From positions 1,995,530 through 2,059,529 of the forward strand of contig MU004238.1 in NCBI GenBank assembly GCA_010405405.1: DNA of 64,000 bases. Direction: 5' to 3'. Below, in pieces: positions 61,262 through 64,000 of this stretch; position 1 is the stretch's first letter, and each line of letters begins with the position of its first letter. Origin of the DNA: Microthyrium microscopicum (Eukaryota). A model generated the notes under the pieces. The model ran no database searches. It was not told the origin of the DNA and saw only the letters and a list, made by a program, of their open reading frames with translations. A program made the position numbers and the translations under genes.

Positions 61262-62993
61262 ATGGACTTCGAACACTTACCGCCCGAAATTAAGGAGATG
61301 ATCTTCATCCAGGCTGTCGACGTGCGTGGCCTGAAGCGTGGACTGAGGTTAAAGCTTGTTTGCAGTAAGTCGAAGTCTTTCCAGACGATCCTCGCACACA
61401 TGTCAAAGTATCTCAAAGCATTAACATCACATAGAAGCTTGGGCGCCGCAAATCTCGATGGCAATAGTGAAGACCGATATGCTTGTCGACATTCTCGTTG
61501 AAGCATTTCCTGTCAGTTGGGGGCAAAAGTCCCTTCAATCAAAGACGATCTGGGTGGATGGTAGCATCCCGCTTATCGCTGGCAGGTTAGTCGGGGACTA
61601 TTTATGCCGCGTCGTGTCCGATCTTCGAGTGAAGCGACCAGGCGTGAAAATCATCCGCCAGATCCTGGATATGCTCTGCTTGAAGGCCAATGTGAGCCGC
61701 GATGACTCGGTAAGAACATTCCATATAACGGCAGAAGAGCCTTCTGTTAGCCATCAACATTTACGATGACGCTACCGGCTGTTTACTGAAGTTTGAGCTT
61801 ACAACGTGTAGGAGACTCGACGAACATATCTGAACGCGATCATCCACTCTATTTTCCCCGCGGATACCGGTTCAGAAGAAGCAATTCGTACCATGACAGT
61901 TTTAAACGCACTCCTGAATCCTCAAAGTAGCATTCGCGAGCCCACAGCTTCAGAATACGAGTGTCACGTTTTGGTTGCCGCCTCACATTGCAACCTTCCA
62001 TCCGTTGTGAAAGACATGGCCAAAACAGTATTTCCTCGACTTAAAGGTGCGCCCAAGAGCTCCATCCTAGGCTCGGCCGTCTGCTTGGCCGCTGAGAATG
62101 GGTACACACAAGTATTGGAAGTCATTTTTGATTCCATGGAATATATCAAATCCGATCTAGCTTCTGAGGCACCGCACAGAACCTCGCCTCGTTTGTCATC
62201 GCAAAAGAAACATTTAGAGCAGCTAAAGGCGCCAGTTAGCTCCGTCATAACAATTGCTGCACTGATCGGCAACGCAAAACTAGCTCAGCAATTGCTGACA
62301 GAGCGCTGGGATGTGATAGTCCCAGACCCCAAAGAAAGCGTGGAAGACACAATGGATATGCTGATAGGGTTTGCTACTCCAAACGTGGAACTCCATCGCT
62401 GGATCGAAGATTTCCGAAAACTTGTATCGTACCCGGCTCGAAAGTTGGGCAAACTCGACCGTCAAAAAGTTGTAAACATGTATCAGCGAGATGCGCTCGA
62501 AAGAAACTGGGTGGCCATGGCGCGATATCTTTTTGAAAACGATCCCGCATCTGCCTCACCGGACTATGGCATAGCGCAGATATGGCTCAATGCATGCAGA
62601 GCTGGCCACAAAGATATGGTGAAGTTGATCACCCAGTACTGTCCTGTAAGTGGCCGCACACGACTCGCGAAGGACAGAACCATGCAAGGCATAGAGAGGG
62701 CAGCAGCAGGCGGTCATCTCGACATTGTGCAAATGCTCGTTGAGAATACGAAGGACCTAGACCTCAACGAAGGAGACATACCACCGCTTCACCGCGCTTT
62801 CGAGTTGGAGCATGTTCGAATGATTCGGTACCTCTTGGATCACGGAGCCAATTTTGAAGATCCAGTCAAAACGATTCAATTGGTTTCAAGGCTCAAGAGT
62901 CAAGGCTTAACATCGATGTTGGACCTGTTGGCTGAAGAGGGAGTGGATATGGTTAATGTGAGTGGCTCCAGCGCAAACTGTCTCGCTGTCTGA
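61262..62993 (+). CDS. F-box-like plus ankyrin-repeat protein, copy 2 (3 exons)
   Basis: Starts MDFEHLPPEIKEMIF..RGLKRGLRLKLVC. Introns 61365-61434 and 61710-61811 sit at the same positions as in copy 1. Similar C-terminal ankyrin block. Confidence 0.85.
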
Positions 62994-63853
62994 TTGATTG
63001 AGCGAGCTTCGTACAGCTTCTATGTACCGTATTTCGCTCTAGCGACATGATTTTGCTTGGAGCTGCCTTATCCTGTTACCTGTGTGTGAATGAAGTTTTC
63101 TCTCCTTAACAGCCTAGTTTACTCTTTGATCTAATCGGTGTATTAGCACCGTAGCTCCAGTCTACTTTGTTCATTGTTCATGAACACGACGAGGCCTAGA
63201 GACTCGCTGGCTCTGTTCAGCTGAGGGCATAATTAATATAGCTTATGTCATGGATGTCTTCTGACCGTATGTGTGTATTCACTGTTCAAGGTACGGACTT
63301 CGCGATCGCCCAGCTTTCAACTGTTTTGACACGAAATACAGAAACGGCAGTCAATTGCTAAAGAAAAGTAATTCGCGTGCTCCATTCGGGCCATGCTTTA
63401 CTAGGTATATATCAATGTCTTATTCTCCAAAGACGGGGTAAGCTTTTCACGCTATCACTAAAACCTGATGGAAAGAGAGATTCTGGTTTGTTTAGAAGCA
63501 AGTTATCGCATTTATATACCTCCCTAGGTAGTGGAAAAGCTTCAGTTATTGTATTTTCCCATTTCGCTGGTTGCAGCAGCTTGAGTCTTCTGGGTCGTTA
63601 CTTCCACAATCTTGTCTTGCACCTTCCTCCGAAGCCGCCATCCATAGACTCTTCCCCCATAGCTCTTGCCAACATAATCCGCCAGGAATAGCTCAGTGGC
63701 AAATGAGGTCCGCCTCACAGTCGAACCTTTTCACCAGACCACTGCACTTCATTCCGCATCAACATCAAAGCAGCTTTGGTATCCGCGTCTAATTCATTCC
63801 TCGCCATCATGAGAAGTCTTCCGCCAACCAACATTGAGCGAAACTTGCTAGGC

Positions 63854-64000
63854 ATGGAGTTTGAATACTTGCCAAACGAAGTCAAGGCCATGATATTCTC
63901 TGAGGCCGTTCATGCTCGCGACTTAAAGCGCGCCCTTAGGCTAATGCTCGTCTGCAGTAAATAGCTTACGGCTCCGAGCCAAATCTTGTTCAGAAGCTGA
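63854..64000 (+). CDS. F-box-like plus ankyrin protein, copy 3 (5' end only, runs off the window)
   Basis: MEFEYLPNEVKAMIFSEAVHARDLKRALRLMLVC followed by a GT donor at the same position as in copies 1 and 2. Confidence 0.75.

Noticed and set aside
1..64000. Transposons, tRNA or rRNA genes
   Set aside because: No transposase/RT motifs, terminal repeats or RNA-gene signatures seen by eye. Small ncRNAs could be missed without covariance searches.

Overview
Intron-containing DNA from a filamentous ascomycete fungus. Short GT-AG introns with CTRAC branch sites and a DHN-melanin reductase suggest a melanised lineage, possibly a Dothideomycete (inference). The housekeeping backbone is THR1, pilB, mitochondrial IF2, a spastin/Yta6-like AAA ATPase, MRS3/4, mitochondrial AsnRS, a DUF2263/PARG-like gene, COA6, SYS1, TFC4, a VOC/glyoxalase gene, CLPTM1 and a GHKL/DUF3684 protein. 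Accessory DNA interrupts it. The most striking item is a head-to-tail array at 36.8-41.4 kb of six intact, intronless, highly diverged small proteins that share the motif (M)C-x8-9-C-x-[C/H]-x7-9-[C/H]-x4-18-C-x14-18-CxxC. A seventh copy, missed by the ORF track, is interrupted by two in-frame TGA codons. The same island holds an M61/PDZ peptidase pseudogene, a frameshifted membrane-protein gene, a small spliced SMP/LEA-like gene and a secreted PHM-like copper-monooxygenase candidate. The window ends in a tandem triplet of F-box-like/ankyrin genes. All family calls come from motif recognition by eye, with no database searches.
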